64,000 nucleotides of DNA from Bacteroidaceae bacterium (lineage in GTDB: Bacteria; Bacteroidota; Bacteroidia; Bacteroidales; Bacteroidaceae), in assembly GCA_045634085.1 (NCBI GenBank), contig JAZQZM010000015.1:235-64234 (forward strand). Direction: 5' to 3'. The first letter of the stretch is position 1. Each line of letters starts with the position of its first letter. Shown one piece after another: positions 1 through 9,388 of this stretch. Position numbers and translations under genes: made by a program. Below the pieces are notes generated by a model. The model was not told the DNA's origin. It saw only the letters and a program-made list of their open reading frames with translations, and made no database searches.

Positions 1-355
1 GCAACTTGTGGCGTCTTTCCGTCGCCCCAAAATCACCACATGGTATACCGGTGCACACTCTTTCCTTGAGAATTTCAATCCCACAATGGGTTACATAAAC
101 CGCAAGGCATGTTATAGCAATCAATGGGCGCGTACCGTTGACGGCAGGTGGCTTCCGGTGACACATGCACGTTTCACCTGTGATGCTACGGGACATCAGC
201 GACAGCGTCTTGACTATCGCGGCGGAGTGGAAGGCGAAGGTTTCTTCCTCACAATGGGAGGTTTCTTCGATGATTATCTGAAGTCGGGTACTTGGTTCGA
301 GCGTACAGGTAATGTGACGGAGGCCCCGGATATTGATTTTTCAACACTTGAATAA
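1..355 (+). CDS. 3' end of an unidentified protein-coding gene, truncated by the window edge
   Basis: The reading frame is open from the window start (frame 2) to the stop at 353-355. I recognised no family motif in the 115-aa tail. Confidence 0.4.
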   Translation, partial: QLVASFRRPKITTWYTGAHSFLENFNPTMGYINRKACYSNQWARTVDGRWLPVTHARFTCDATGHQRQRLDYRGGVEGEGFFLTMGGFFDDYLKSGTWFERTGNVTEAPDIDFSTLE

Positions 356-414
356 GAAGGTGCTTAAAATTTTGAAATTTTTATAACAAAATTGTGAAGG
401 TATATTATTTTGGT

Positions 415-422
415 TATCTTTG
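415..422 (+). promoter_or_regulatory. Bacteroidetes-type -7 promoter box (TAnnTTTG)
   Basis: TATCTTTG lies about 100 nt upstream of the ATG at 524. Confidence 0.4.
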
Positions 423-523
423 CATTTGTATCCTAACATGTGTAATGTGGTTTTTACAGGCATTTTGGTGATACTGACATTGGAGATATTTAAAAACAAT
501 ATTTATTTAAAACTCATTGTAAT

Positions 524-2197
524 ATGAACTTGAAGAAATTTTTCGGTCTTGCCCTTTGTAGTGTAATGGCCCTTGCAGGCACTACAGCACAGGCACAGTC
601 ACTTTCTCCTTCAACAAAGTGGCATTGGGACAAGGGTACTATTGTAGTTGAGACACCTGAGCGTCCTGCCGGTCAGGAGCACGCTCTGAATCTCGCAGTT
701 GCTCCAATCAAGACTGTACGCGTTGCTTTCGTGGGTCTTGGTATGCGCGGCCCCGGTGCTGTGGTACGTTTCTGCCGTATCCCGGGCGTTGAGATTGTAG
801 CTCTTTGCGACTATGAGTATGAGCGCGCAGAGAAGTGCCAGGAAGAACTTCGCAAGCAGGGTCTTATCCCGGCTGACATCTACTATGGCGAGAAGGGTTA
901 CGAGGAACTTTGCAAGCGCCCCGACATCGACCTCGTTTATGTTGCTGCTGACTGGAACCACCACTATCCTGTAGCAAAGTGCGCTCTTGAGAACGGCAAG
1001 CACACAGCAATCGAGGTGCCTTCTGCAATGAACCTTGAGCAGTGCTGGAGTCTTATCGACCTCGCAGAGAAGACACGTCTCCACTGTTTCATCCTCGAGA
1101 ACTGCTGCTATGACGACTATGAAATGAACGCTCTTGCAATGGCTCAGGTCGGCGTATTCGGCGAGATTATCCGCGCCGAGGGTGCTTATATCCACAGCCT
1201 CGAGTGGTTCTGGGACGCATACTGGAAGGACCCCGCCGACAACGACGTTGACAACCTCCACTGGCGTCTTAAGTACAACAAGGAGAACCGTGGCGACCTC
1301 TACGCTACTCACGGCCTTGGCCCCGTTGCACAGTGCCTCGACATTCACCGTGGCGACCGCTTCACAACATTGGTTGCAATGGATACAGATCCTTTCTTCG
1401 GTAAGGAACTTGTAAAGGAGAAGACAGGTAAGGAGTGCAAGGAGTTCCGTAACGGTGACCACACTACTACACTCATGCGTACAGCAAAGGGTAAGGTTGT
1501 TGAAATCCAGCACAACGTAATGACTCCACAGCCCTACAACCGTTTGTTCAAGCTCACAGGTACAAAGGGTTATGCAACAAAGTATCCTACACCAGAGCTT
1601 GCACTTTCAGGCGAGGCTCTCAAGGGCACAGGCGCTCCTCAGGTCGACAACCTCAACGCTCACGGTTTCATGAGCGCAGAGCAGAGAAACGCTATGATGG
1701 CAAAGTACTACCACCCAATCCTAAAGAAGTATGTTGAGAAGGGTCGCGACCTCGGTCACGGTGGTATGGACTTCGTAATGGATTCACGTCTCGTTTACTG
1801 CTTGCAGAACGGTCTTCCACTTGATATGGACGTTTATGACTTGGCTGAGTGGTGCTGCTTGGCAGAACTCGGTACATTGTCAATGGACAACAACTGCGCT
1901 GCTGTAACATTCCCTGACTTCACACGTGGTTATTGGGATGTTCAGAAGGGTTACAAGCATGCTTATGCTGCTCCTGAGGCAGAGGCTGCTGCTGAGGCGT
2001 ATGCCGAGGCTTACAGCGCTGCACAGAAGGAGGTAACTGCCAAGAAGAACCTTTGGGCTCTCTACGATGCAGTAAAGGCTGCAAAGGCTGCTGGTGATGC
2101 AAAGGCTGAGGCTAAGGCTCAGAAGAAGCTTGATGCCGCAAAGGCTGCAGCTGACAAGGCAATTGCAAAAGAGGTAAAGAAGGCTTTGAAGAAGTAA
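524..2197 (+). CDS. Gfo/Idh/MocA-fold NAD-dependent glycosidase, GH109-like (alpha-N-acetylgalactosaminidase family), exported, with an Ala/Lys-rich C-terminal tail
   Basis: There is a Sec signal (MNLKKFFGLALCSVMALAGTTAQAQ) and a Rossmann motif (VAFVGLGMRGPG). The blocks IEVPSA and ILENCCYD are typical of GH109 as I remember the family. The last ~75 aa are A/K/E low complexity. Confidence 0.7.
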   Translation: MNLKKFFGLALCSVMALAGTTAQAQSLSPSTKWHWDKGTIVVETPERPAGQEHALNLAVAPIKTVRVAFVGLGMRGPGAVVRFCRIPGVEIVALCDYEYERAEKCQEELRKQGLIPADIYYGEKGYEELCKRPDIDLVYVAADWNHHYPVAKCALENGKHTAIEVPSAMNLEQCWSLIDLAEKTRLHCFILENCCYDDYEMNALAMAQVGVFGEIIRAEGAYIHSLEWFWDAYWKDPADNDVDNLHWRLKYNKENRGDLYATHGLGPVAQCLDIHRGDRFTTLVAMDTDPFFGKELVKEKTGKECKEFRNGDHTTTLMRTAKGKVVEIQHNVMTPQPYNRLFKLTGTKGYATKYPTPELALSGEALKGTGAPQVDNLNAHGFMSAEQRNAMMAKYYHPILKKYVEKGRDLGHGGMDFVMDSRLVYCLQNGLPLDMDVYDLAEWCCLAELGTLSMDNNCAAVTFPDFTRGYWDVQKGYKHAYAAPEAEAAAEAYAEAYSAAQKEVTAKKNLWALYDAVKAAKAAGDAKAEAKAQKKLDAAKAAADKAIAKEVKKALKK

Positions 2198-2217
2198 TTG
2201 GTTCTTGCTCGATTATA

Positions 2218-2250
2218 CACGAGGCATCCCGCGGGATGCCTCGTGTTTTT
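2218..2250 (+). terminator. Rho-independent terminator
   Basis: A perfect palindrome CACGAGGCATCCCGCGGGATGCCTCGTG is followed by TTTTT. Confidence 0.8.
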
Positions 2251-2296
2251 GTTGCACATAAAATATATACATTGATTTTCTTGCGTAAAATAATGC

Positions 2297-2304
2297 TATC
2301 TTTG
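2297..2304 (+). promoter_or_regulatory. -7 promoter box (TAnnTTTG)
   Basis: TATCTTTG lies 56 nt upstream of the ATG at 2360. Confidence 0.45.
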
Positions 2305-2359
2305 CAGTAGCGTTTGCCGTAACCCTATTTGTATAATTACAGATTTGTACTATAAAATT

Positions 2360-3562
2360 ATGAGACGTATTGTTGTACTGTTTTCTCGGGTCCTTTTTTT
2401 GACACTCCTACTTGCGGGTAATGTGACAGCGCAGATTTCTGACAAAACTGTCAGGGCTTTGCAAAACCAGAATATGGGTATGTTGTATTCGATATACAAA
2501 GCCGACGTGAATGAACGTAAGGGTATAGAGAATTATTTATGTACTGTTGTCGACTGGGAACAGATTCCCTACGAAGAACTGATTGCCATACGAAACGGCG
2601 GAAATACGCAATTCGACTCTCTGGTGGAGTATTATGTGGCAGAAAAAGAGATAGAAATTATCAGGTACGTGATGAGCTCAAGTGCAGAAGAGTTGGGCAA
2701 ATACATTGATATGTATCCCCGTAGATTGCCAGCAATACATAATTTCATGCAAAGGGTCTTTTTCGCTGGTCTGGACTCATTGTCCTATGAAGAACTTGAC
2801 TATCTGAACAGGAAGTTCGACTACCCCGACATGAGTGAGATAAAAAAGAGTGTTGCTGCCAGGTCAGACGAGAGGTTTGAGTTTGCAAAAAGCAATATAG
2901 ATGAGTATTGCTCAATTGAAAGGGCGTACAGGGATAGGCTTGCGCTTATCGTAAAGGTTTCGGCATACCAATATCTTTACAGTCGTTTTCAGAATGTGGC
3001 AGAATACTACTCCACTATCGGACTGGTTCCCGATGATACCAACTCGATAATAAGGCAGTTTCAAAGAATCGTAGATGCGTATTTTGTTCCGGAGGATTTC
3101 TGTCAGCAGATACAAGACGATGTAGATAAATATAACGAGGCAATAAACAGGGCCAGGACAGAATATGTCAAGGAATGTGGTGTTAAAGGTATAGTAAAGT
3201 CTAACGTAAAAACTCCTGAAATAAAAGGATTTCGTTATGACCAGGGTTATGCCGTTGCAAGTTCAATACCGAAAGGTAGGGCCGATTACAAGGCATCGCA
3301 GGAGGCAAAATCCGAATTGGCTGAGGTCGCCAGCTGGTTTGTCGGCTCATTTTGGGCGGGCGTTGGCAAAGGAGTTCTTGATGTCCTTACAATGGATGAT
3401 CTTGCCATCTCCGAGATTGCTGCAAGAAAGGAGTATATGGAATATGTCTACTCGCAGCTTGAACAGGTTATCAATGAATATTGCAATGGCGTGGAAGCAG
3501 ATATAGATAAGCAGATAATCGAGAACCAATCAAAATTTAAGAAACATGTCAATAGGAAATAA
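2360..3562 (+). CDS. Exported hypothetical protein (about 400 aa, probably helical)
   Basis: This is a long ORF. I prefer the ATG at 2360 to the TTG at 2345. The signal peptide is MRRIVVLFSRVLFLTLLLAGNVTAQ. I recognised no family motif. Confidence 0.6.
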   Translation: MRRIVVLFSRVLFLTLLLAGNVTAQISDKTVRALQNQNMGMLYSIYKADVNERKGIENYLCTVVDWEQIPYEELIAIRNGGNTQFDSLVEYYVAEKEIEIIRYVMSSSAEELGKYIDMYPRRLPAIHNFMQRVFFAGLDSLSYEELDYLNRKFDYPDMSEIKKSVAARSDERFEFAKSNIDEYCSIERAYRDRLALIVKVSAYQYLYSRFQNVAEYYSTIGLVPDDTNSIIRQFQRIVDAYFVPEDFCQQIQDDVDKYNEAINRARTEYVKECGVKGIVKSNVKTPEIKGFRYDQGYAVASSIPKGRADYKASQEAKSELAEVASWFVGSFWAGVGKGVLDVLTMDDLAISEIAARKEYMEYVYSQLEQVINEYCNGVEADIDKQIIENQSKFKKHVNRK

Positions 3563-4811
3563 AAATTATATGTGCAAAGCGGTGGTTCTATGTCTTATTG
3601 CATTGTCACCGATAAGAACCAGTGCGCAGATTGTTGATCTGATTACTGATTACGTGGCCGGATGTGTATCGGATTATGTTGCTGACAAATTGGATTCCTA
3701 TCTTCATGATTCATGGAACGAAATGATCAGTCAGGGCGCCCAGGATGCCATTGTAAATAAAGCGTATGAATTGCGTGACTTCAACATCGATAAAAGCAAA
3801 TTGTCGTATCTGTTGAATTCTTCGCGGCACAGCAGCAATGGCGATATAAATATAAAGGCACTGTTCCAGCAGATTCCAAGTAGTATTGAAACCGAATTCT
3901 ATAAGAGTACGCATACCAAGTCGAACGTCCCCTTCTCATTCTTGGGCAAAGGTTTCATCGGGGAACCCGGTAGGGAGTATATTGACTCTATAAAAAGCGG
4001 ATTCTTTATAAATGAGCTGGAGGATGTGCTGTCTCAAAGTGTACTTGATTCGCTTTCATGCTTCGGGGGGGAGGACTTGAAGAATGAGATAAAGCGCAAT
4101 ATTCAGGAGAACAGAAGGCTGTTGCTCTTGTTCAATAATCATCCGTCTGCCGTGAGGATTTATGCAAATTCGCAAAAAACAGTCCTGCATAAAGACGCAA
4201 GGCACTTGTTGTATTGGGCAACTTGTGCAGACAGTATATATGGCAAGTTGTCTAAGAGCAACAGAAAGAAGTTTGTAAATGCGAGTGAAGTGCGCTTTGA
4301 GAATGACCGCTTGCTGTATGAAGGAAATACTCTTGCCCGTTGCCGAGACGGAAATACCTTTGTTGTGGATGATGTCATGATGCTTAATTTTTATCCAAAG
4401 GGAGATTCTGAATATAGAATTACCGGCAAAACGGCGTACAGGACCGATGTGTTCGGTCGTGTGGTTGAAATTGATTTCTTACTATCGCGGGGTGAGAAAA
4501 ATGAAAAGGTCAAGAATCCGATTAAATTCAAGCATGTGTGTAAGGCCATGGGCGTGAAGCCGGGAAAAGAACTGTATACGTATCTTCTGGAAAAATACAG
4601 GATAGCCCCTTCGTTGGCTTTTGCCGTTCCAATGGATGTGGATGACGCTGTAAAAAAGAATATAAAGATATTTCATAAAGCCCTGAAAAAGAAACTGAAA
4701 AAAGAGAACTGGCTGAAAGTTGGAATTGTACTCGAATACGATAGGTCGGTCTCAAGAACACCGAGTTCTATTACCGTCAAGTTTGGCAATGAAACCATGT
4801 GTCTGTATTGA
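3546..4811 (+). CDS. Exported hypothetical protein whose C-terminal ~120 aa resemble a degenerate Endonuclease_NS_2-type domain
   Basis: The signal peptide ends ...CLIALSPIRTSAQ. The start (3546, or alternatively 3570) overlaps or abuts the stop of the upstream gene. The C-terminal pattern is YRTDVFGRVVEI...GVKPGKELYTYLL...AFAVPMDVDD..KKN...NWLKVGIVLEYDRSVSRTPSSITVKF. Confidence 0.6.
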   Translation: MSIGNKNYMCKAVVLCLIALSPIRTSAQIVDLITDYVAGCVSDYVADKLDSYLHDSWNEMISQGAQDAIVNKAYELRDFNIDKSKLSYLLNSSRHSSNGDINIKALFQQIPSSIETEFYKSTHTKSNVPFSFLGKGFIGEPGREYIDSIKSGFFINELEDVLSQSVLDSLSCFGGEDLKNEIKRNIQENRRLLLLFNNHPSAVRIYANSQKTVLHKDARHLLYWATCADSIYGKLSKSNRKKFVNASEVRFENDRLLYEGNTLARCRDGNTFVVDDVMMLNFYPKGDSEYRITGKTAYRTDVFGRVVEIDFLLSRGEKNEKVKNPIKFKHVCKAMGVKPGKELYTYLLEKYRIAPSLAFAVPMDVDDAVKKNIKIFHKALKKKLKKENWLKVGIVLEYDRSVSRTPSSITVKFGNETMCLY

Positions 4812-4869
4812 TTCAGTCCATGTCGTGTCTGCAATAGGGTGCCCCAAAGCCCACTTTTAGAACAAACAG

Positions 4870-4907
4870 CCCCTGCCAGAGTTATTCTGACAGGGGTTGC
4901 TTTCTTT
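4870..4907 (+). terminator. Rho-independent terminator
   Basis: The stem is CCCCTGCCAGA / TCTGACAGGGG with one mismatch and a 5-nt loop. A T-rich tract follows. Confidence 0.7.
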
Positions 4908-5041
4908 GCAAAACGACTTTTGAGTCACCTTCTTTGTCGTTTATATCAGTCATTGTTCTATGTTTGAGTGTTAAAAAAACATTGTTTTGTGCGGATTCGT
5001 AATATTTTGTTGCTAAAAATGTCATTGTGCTTAAATTTTAT

Positions 5042-5049
5042 TATTTTTG
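5042..5049 (+). promoter_or_regulatory. Candidate -7 promoter box for the aromatic amino-acid operon
   Basis: TATTTTTG lies 88 nt upstream of the ATG at 5137. Confidence 0.3.
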
Positions 5050-5136
5050 TGGCTGAAGAAATAATTTATAACAAACGAAGTTCGCTGTTGCGTGGACATG
5101 TAGATACGTGACAGATATAAAGAAAATAATAGAATT

Positions 5137-6150
5137 ATGATAGCAGTTTTAAAACATGGAGTAACCAAGGCTCAGCAGGATAACCTTATCCATTGGCTTG
5201 AGTCGCAGAATGTGCGTGTGCATGTTTCAGAGGGAGAAATGCAGACTGTAATAGGTCTCATTGGCGATACCCGTAAGATTGATATGGACCTGCTTGCCGG
5301 TCTTGAGATAATAGACCGTGTAACACGTATTTCGGATCCATTCAAGAGTGCAAACCGTAGTTTTCACCCCGAGGATACTGTTGTGACCGTGGGCTGTGGC
5401 GAGAACCAGGTAAAAATAGGTGGAGGCAATTTCGCGATTATGGCAGGTCCTTGCTCGGTTGAGAGTGAGGAGCAGATACTGGCTGTAGCACGTGCTGTAA
5501 AGGCTTCAGGTGCAAACATCCTGCGCGGTGGTGCTTTCAAGCCACGTACATCGCCTTATGATTTCCAGGGACTGCGTGCCGAGGGTCTTCAGCTTCTTCT
5601 GAAGGCGCGCGAGGCAACAGGTCTTCCCATCGTTACAGAGATTATGAGTGCATCGCATCTTGACCTTTTTGCCGATGTGGACATAATACAGGTAGGTGCA
5701 CGCAATATGCAGAACTTCGAGCTCCTGAAGGAACTTGGCCGCAGCAACAAGCCAATTCTGCTTAAGCGCGGTCTGTCGGCTACACTAAAGGAACTTCTTA
5801 TGAGTGCCGAGTATATAATGTCCGAGGGTAATGAGCAGGTAATCCTTTGCGAACGCGGTATACGCAGCTATGACAACTACACACGTAACGTGCTTGACTT
5901 GGCTGCCGTTCCTGTGCTTCAGGGACTTACTCATCTTCCAATCGTTGTTGACCCGAGCCATGCTACAGGCGTATCGCGTCTTGTGCGTCCAATGGCATGT
6001 GCAGCAACAGCGGCAGGTGCCGATGGTCTCATCATCGAGGTACATAACAACCCTGTATGTGCACTCTGCGACGGCGCGCAGTCACTCACTCCCGAACAGT
6101 TCGATGAGGTTGCAAAGCGTGTTCGCGAGATTCGTGGCATAATGCACTGA
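5137..6150 (+). CDS. aroF: 3-deoxy-7-phosphoheptulonate (DAHP) synthase, type I-beta, with an N-terminal ferredoxin-like regulatory domain
   Basis: At 337 aa, the ~65-aa N-terminal extension followed by the IMAGPCSVES, LRGGAFKPRTSPY and VDPSH blocks is characteristic of KDO8PS-like DAHP synthases. Confidence 0.9.
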   Translation: MIAVLKHGVTKAQQDNLIHWLESQNVRVHVSEGEMQTVIGLIGDTRKIDMDLLAGLEIIDRVTRISDPFKSANRSFHPEDTVVTVGCGENQVKIGGGNFAIMAGPCSVESEEQILAVARAVKASGANILRGGAFKPRTSPYDFQGLRAEGLQLLLKAREATGLPIVTEIMSASHLDLFADVDIIQVGARNMQNFELLKELGRSNKPILLKRGLSATLKELLMSAEYIMSEGNEQVILCERGIRSYDNYTRNVLDLAAVPVLQGLTHLPIVVDPSHATGVSRLVRPMACAATAAGADGLIIEVHNNPVCALCDGAQSLTPEQFDEVAKRVREIRGIMH

Positions 6151-6161
6151 TAATACTGCCT

Positions 6162-6992
6162 ATGGTTGTAGGAATAGTAGGATTAGGACTTATAGGTGGT
6201 TCGGCAGCCAAGGCATTCAAGGCTGCCGGACACTCTGTTTATGCCTTTGATATAAATAGCCAGATAACAGGCTTCGCCAAGCTTGAAGGTACGGTCGATG
6301 AGGAACTTTCACAGGCCAACATGGGCAAGTGCAACCTGCTGCTGCTTACAGCTACACCGCAGGCGGTAATTGGGTATATGGACGGGAATGCAATGTATAT
6401 ATCCCCTGATACTCTTGTAATCGACTTCTGCGGTACAAAGCGTGCCGTATGCGAGAAGGGTTTTGCCCTTGCTGTAGAGTATGGCTTTACGTATGTGGGT
6501 GGTCATCCTATGGCCGGCCTACAGTATTCGGGATACAAGTACTCAAAGGAGGCTCTTTATAATGGTGCGTCGTTTATAATTGTACCGGCAGTGCACGATG
6601 ACATTGCATTGCTTGACCGTGTTAAACAGGCTCTTGCACCGCTTGGTTTCAAGAAATTTGTGGTTACTACTGCCGATTTTCACGACCGCATGATTGCTTA
6701 TACATCGCAGATGTGCCACGTGGTATCCAATGCTTTTATAAAAAGTCCCTCGTCAAAGTTTCATCGGGGATACAGCGCGGGCAGTTTCCGCGATTTTACC
6801 CGTGTGTCGCGCCTTAACGAGGATATGTGGACCGAACTGTTCCTTGAGAACAAGGAGCATCTTTTGAATGAACTCGATTTATTGATAAATTCTCTTCAGG
6901 AGTATCGCGAGGCAATTGTTGCCAATGATGCCGATACTCTCCGTGCACTGCTGCGTGACGGCAGGGTAGCAAAGGAAGAGGCTGAGAAATAA
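6162..6992 (+). CDS. tyrA: Prephenate dehydrogenase
   Basis: It has an NAD-binding motif (VGIVGLGLIGGS) and a GGHPMAG block, and sits in an aromatic-pathway operon. Confidence 0.85.
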   Translation: MVVGIVGLGLIGGSAAKAFKAAGHSVYAFDINSQITGFAKLEGTVDEELSQANMGKCNLLLLTATPQAVIGYMDGNAMYISPDTLVIDFCGTKRAVCEKGFALAVEYGFTYVGGHPMAGLQYSGYKYSKEALYNGASFIIVPAVHDDIALLDRVKQALAPLGFKKFVVTTADFHDRMIAYTSQMCHVVSNAFIKSPSSKFHRGYSAGSFRDFTRVSRLNEDMWTELFLENKEHLLNELDLLINSLQEYREAIVANDADTLRALLRDGRVAKEEAEK

Positions 6993-6997
6993 AATAT

Positions 6998-8047
6998 ATG
7001 CAGTACAGGACAATACATGTTGATGCATCGCGTAGTTATGATATTCTCATCGGACGCGGTATACTTGCCGGGCTTGGTGATTTTGTGCGCCCTCTGCTTG
7101 GGAATTGCCGCCTGGCAGTGCTCACCGACAGTAATGTCGATGCGTTGTATGGCAAGAGCATCATGGATATTCTGCAGGCTGCAGGCTATGAAGCCTGCAA
7201 ATATGTGATTCCAGCAGGCGAGGCATCGAAGTGTGCCCAGAATCTTCTGGCATTCCTGAACTTCATGGCCGGTGAGCAACTGACACGCAGTGATGCAGTG
7301 GTTGCATTCGGTGGCGGTGTAGTGGGTGACCTTGGAGGTCTCTCAGCCTCGTTGTATCTCCGTGGAGTAAAATATATACAGGTACCTACGACATTGCTTG
7401 CAGCTGTGGACAGTTCGGTCGGGGGTAAGACAGCCATCGATATCCCTGCAGGCAAGAATCTTGTCGGCAGTTTCTACCAGCCGTCACTCGTATGCTGTGA
7501 TACTGCGCTTATGGACACCCTTCACCCTAACATCTATCGCGACGGTTGCGCCGAGGTCATCAAATATGGTATGATTCTTGATGCTGCGCTCTACGATACC
7601 CTGCACACTCTTCCTTTCGACCGTGAGGCGGTTGTTGCACGTTGCGTCGAAATCAAGCGCGATGTGGTGCAGCAGGATGAGTTTGACAATGGTGTACGTG
7701 GCCTGTTAAATTTCGGTCATACCTTCGGTCATGCTATTGAGAAACTGAGCAATTTCGGCGTATCTCATGGCGAGGCCGTGGCAAAGGGTATGGTCATTGC
7801 CGCACGCATTGCTCCGTTGTGCGGCCTATGCGATGTCTCCGATGAACTTGCGGCATTGTTGGTGGAGTATGGCTTTGACATAAGTTGTCCTTACAGTGCG
7901 CAGCAGATATATGACGCACTTCTTTCCGACAAGAAGCGCCGAGGCGGGAAAATCTCGGTTGTGCTGCCTCGTGCCGTTGGCGACTGCATACTCTACGATA
8001 TGCCGGTTGAGGAACTTGGCGTCTTACTCTCTAAAGTGATTGTCTGA
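6998..8047 (+). CDS. aroB: 3-dehydroquinate synthase
   Basis: It has the blocks GGGVVGDLGG, VDSSVGGKTAI and NFGHTFGHAIE. Confidence 0.93.
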   Translation: MQYRTIHVDASRSYDILIGRGILAGLGDFVRPLLGNCRLAVLTDSNVDALYGKSIMDILQAAGYEACKYVIPAGEASKCAQNLLAFLNFMAGEQLTRSDAVVAFGGGVVGDLGGLSASLYLRGVKYIQVPTTLLAAVDSSVGGKTAIDIPAGKNLVGSFYQPSLVCCDTALMDTLHPNIYRDGCAEVIKYGMILDAALYDTLHTLPFDREAVVARCVEIKRDVVQQDEFDNGVRGLLNFGHTFGHAIEKLSNFGVSHGEAVAKGMVIAARIAPLCGLCDVSDELAALLVEYGFDISCPYSAQQIYDALLSDKKRRGGKISVVLPRAVGDCILYDMPVEELGVLLSKVIV

Positions 8048-9334
8048 ATGGAAAAGCAAGTACATGGAACATTGCATGGCAAGGTGACGCCACCGCCATC
8101 AAAATCTCAGGCTCATCGTCTGCTTATCTGTGCGGCTTTGGGCGCAGAACCATGTTCAATCGTGTGCAGCAGTGTAAATGATGATATCATGGCAACTATG
8201 CGTTGCCTCAATGCTCTTGGAGCAAAAATAACCTTTTCATCGGGCGTTTTCGATGTACAGCCGGTGAGTGTTGTCAAGGGAGGTACGCTTGATTGTGGCG
8301 AGAGTGGTTCAACACTCCGTTTCCTTATTTCAGTTGCTGCTGTTCTTGGCGCCGATGCTACCTTTACAGGTGCTGGCAAGTTGCCTCAGCGTCCCATGGC
8401 GGCGCTGACCGACGTTCTTGCTGCTCATGGAATGGATTTCGAACGCCATGCTGCCGAAGAACTGCCTGTCACATGTCGCGGGACACTGCATGGCGGTAGA
8501 TTCACTCTTCCTGGCAACATCTCATCACAGTATCTGACAGGTCTCCTTTTTGCACTGCCCTTGGCGGCCGTGGATAGTGAGATTGAGGTTGTCGGCGGGC
8601 TTACAAGTGCTTCTTACATTGACATGACTATAGACGCCCTGCATGTAGCCGGCATATCCGTTGAACGCAGTGGCAATATTTTCAGGATAAAGGGCAATCA
8701 GCAGTACCGTATGCCGTCGCGCGTGGTTATCGAGGGTGACTGGTCTTCGGCTGCCTTCTGGGTAGTGGCCGGTGTAATAGGCAAATCGCCAGTGACTGTC
8801 TGTGGCATGAACAACGGGTCTCTACAGGGAGATAGTGCCATTATAGACCATCTGCGTGGCATGGGTGCTTTCATAACCATAGACAATGACTCTGTTGTTG
8901 CAATGCCGTCGCACCTGTTCGGCGCAGAACTTGACTGTATGGATACCCCCGACCTTGTGCCCGTTCTTTCTATTGCAGCAACTGTTGCTCAGGGAACAAC
9001 CACTTTTACCAACGTTGGTCGCCTGCGCTTCAAGGAGAGTGACCGCCTTGCAGCAATGAAGAGTGTGCTTGAATCGTTCGGAATATCCTCAAGCATTGGT
9101 GAGGATACATTCACTGTCTATGGCGGTGAACCTGTTGCTGTTGCTCCTGTCGACAGTTTCGGCGATCACCGTATAGCAATGTCGGCAGCAGTAATGTCGA
9201 CAGTGGCACAGGGTGTCACAACAATAAAAGGCACAAATTGTGTCGCAAAATCATACCCATCTTTCTTTGATGGTTTTGCAGCACTTGGAGGAATTATTGA
9301 AGGTGAAAATGGAAAGGTGAAAAGTGAGAACTGA
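8048..9334 (+). CDS. aroA: 3-phosphoshikimate 1-carboxyvinyltransferase (EPSP synthase)
   Basis: It has PPSKSQAHR, GESGSTLRF and DHRIAMS blocks. At 428 aa its start abuts the aroB stop. Confidence 0.93.
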   Translation: MEKQVHGTLHGKVTPPPSKSQAHRLLICAALGAEPCSIVCSSVNDDIMATMRCLNALGAKITFSSGVFDVQPVSVVKGGTLDCGESGSTLRFLISVAAVLGADATFTGAGKLPQRPMAALTDVLAAHGMDFERHAAEELPVTCRGTLHGGRFTLPGNISSQYLTGLLFALPLAAVDSEIEVVGGLTSASYIDMTIDALHVAGISVERSGNIFRIKGNQQYRMPSRVVIEGDWSSAAFWVVAGVIGKSPVTVCGMNNGSLQGDSAIIDHLRGMGAFITIDNDSVVAMPSHLFGAELDCMDTPDLVPVLSIAATVAQGTTTFTNVGRLRFKESDRLAAMKSVLESFGISSSIGEDTFTVYGGEPVAVAPVDSFGDHRIAMSAAVMSTVAQGVTTIKGTNCVAKSYPSFFDGFAALGGIIEGENGKVKSEN

Positions 9335-9388
9335 GAACTTATGTCGGTAAGTTTCTTTAGATAGAACAAAATAAAAAACAACTATAAT

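Noticed and set aside
611-1513. A 300-aa ORF antisense to the GH109-like gene. Similar long antisense ORFs occur at 13851-14594, 29529-30161, 35551-36336, 36793-37332, 39992-40660 and 43277-43843.
   Set aside because: Each lies entirely inside a well-supported gene on the opposite strand. Their translations are low-complexity or Cys/Arg/His-rich with no motifs. They are typical shadow ORFs.
4908-5136. Search for a leader peptide or attenuator upstream of the aromatic amino-acid operon. Candidates were MFEC at about 4960 and a 30-aa ORF from about 5019.
   Set aside because: The tiny ORFs are not enriched in Phe/Tyr/Trp codons. I saw no alternative terminator/antiterminator pairing. The 30-aa ORF would span the candidate promoter box.
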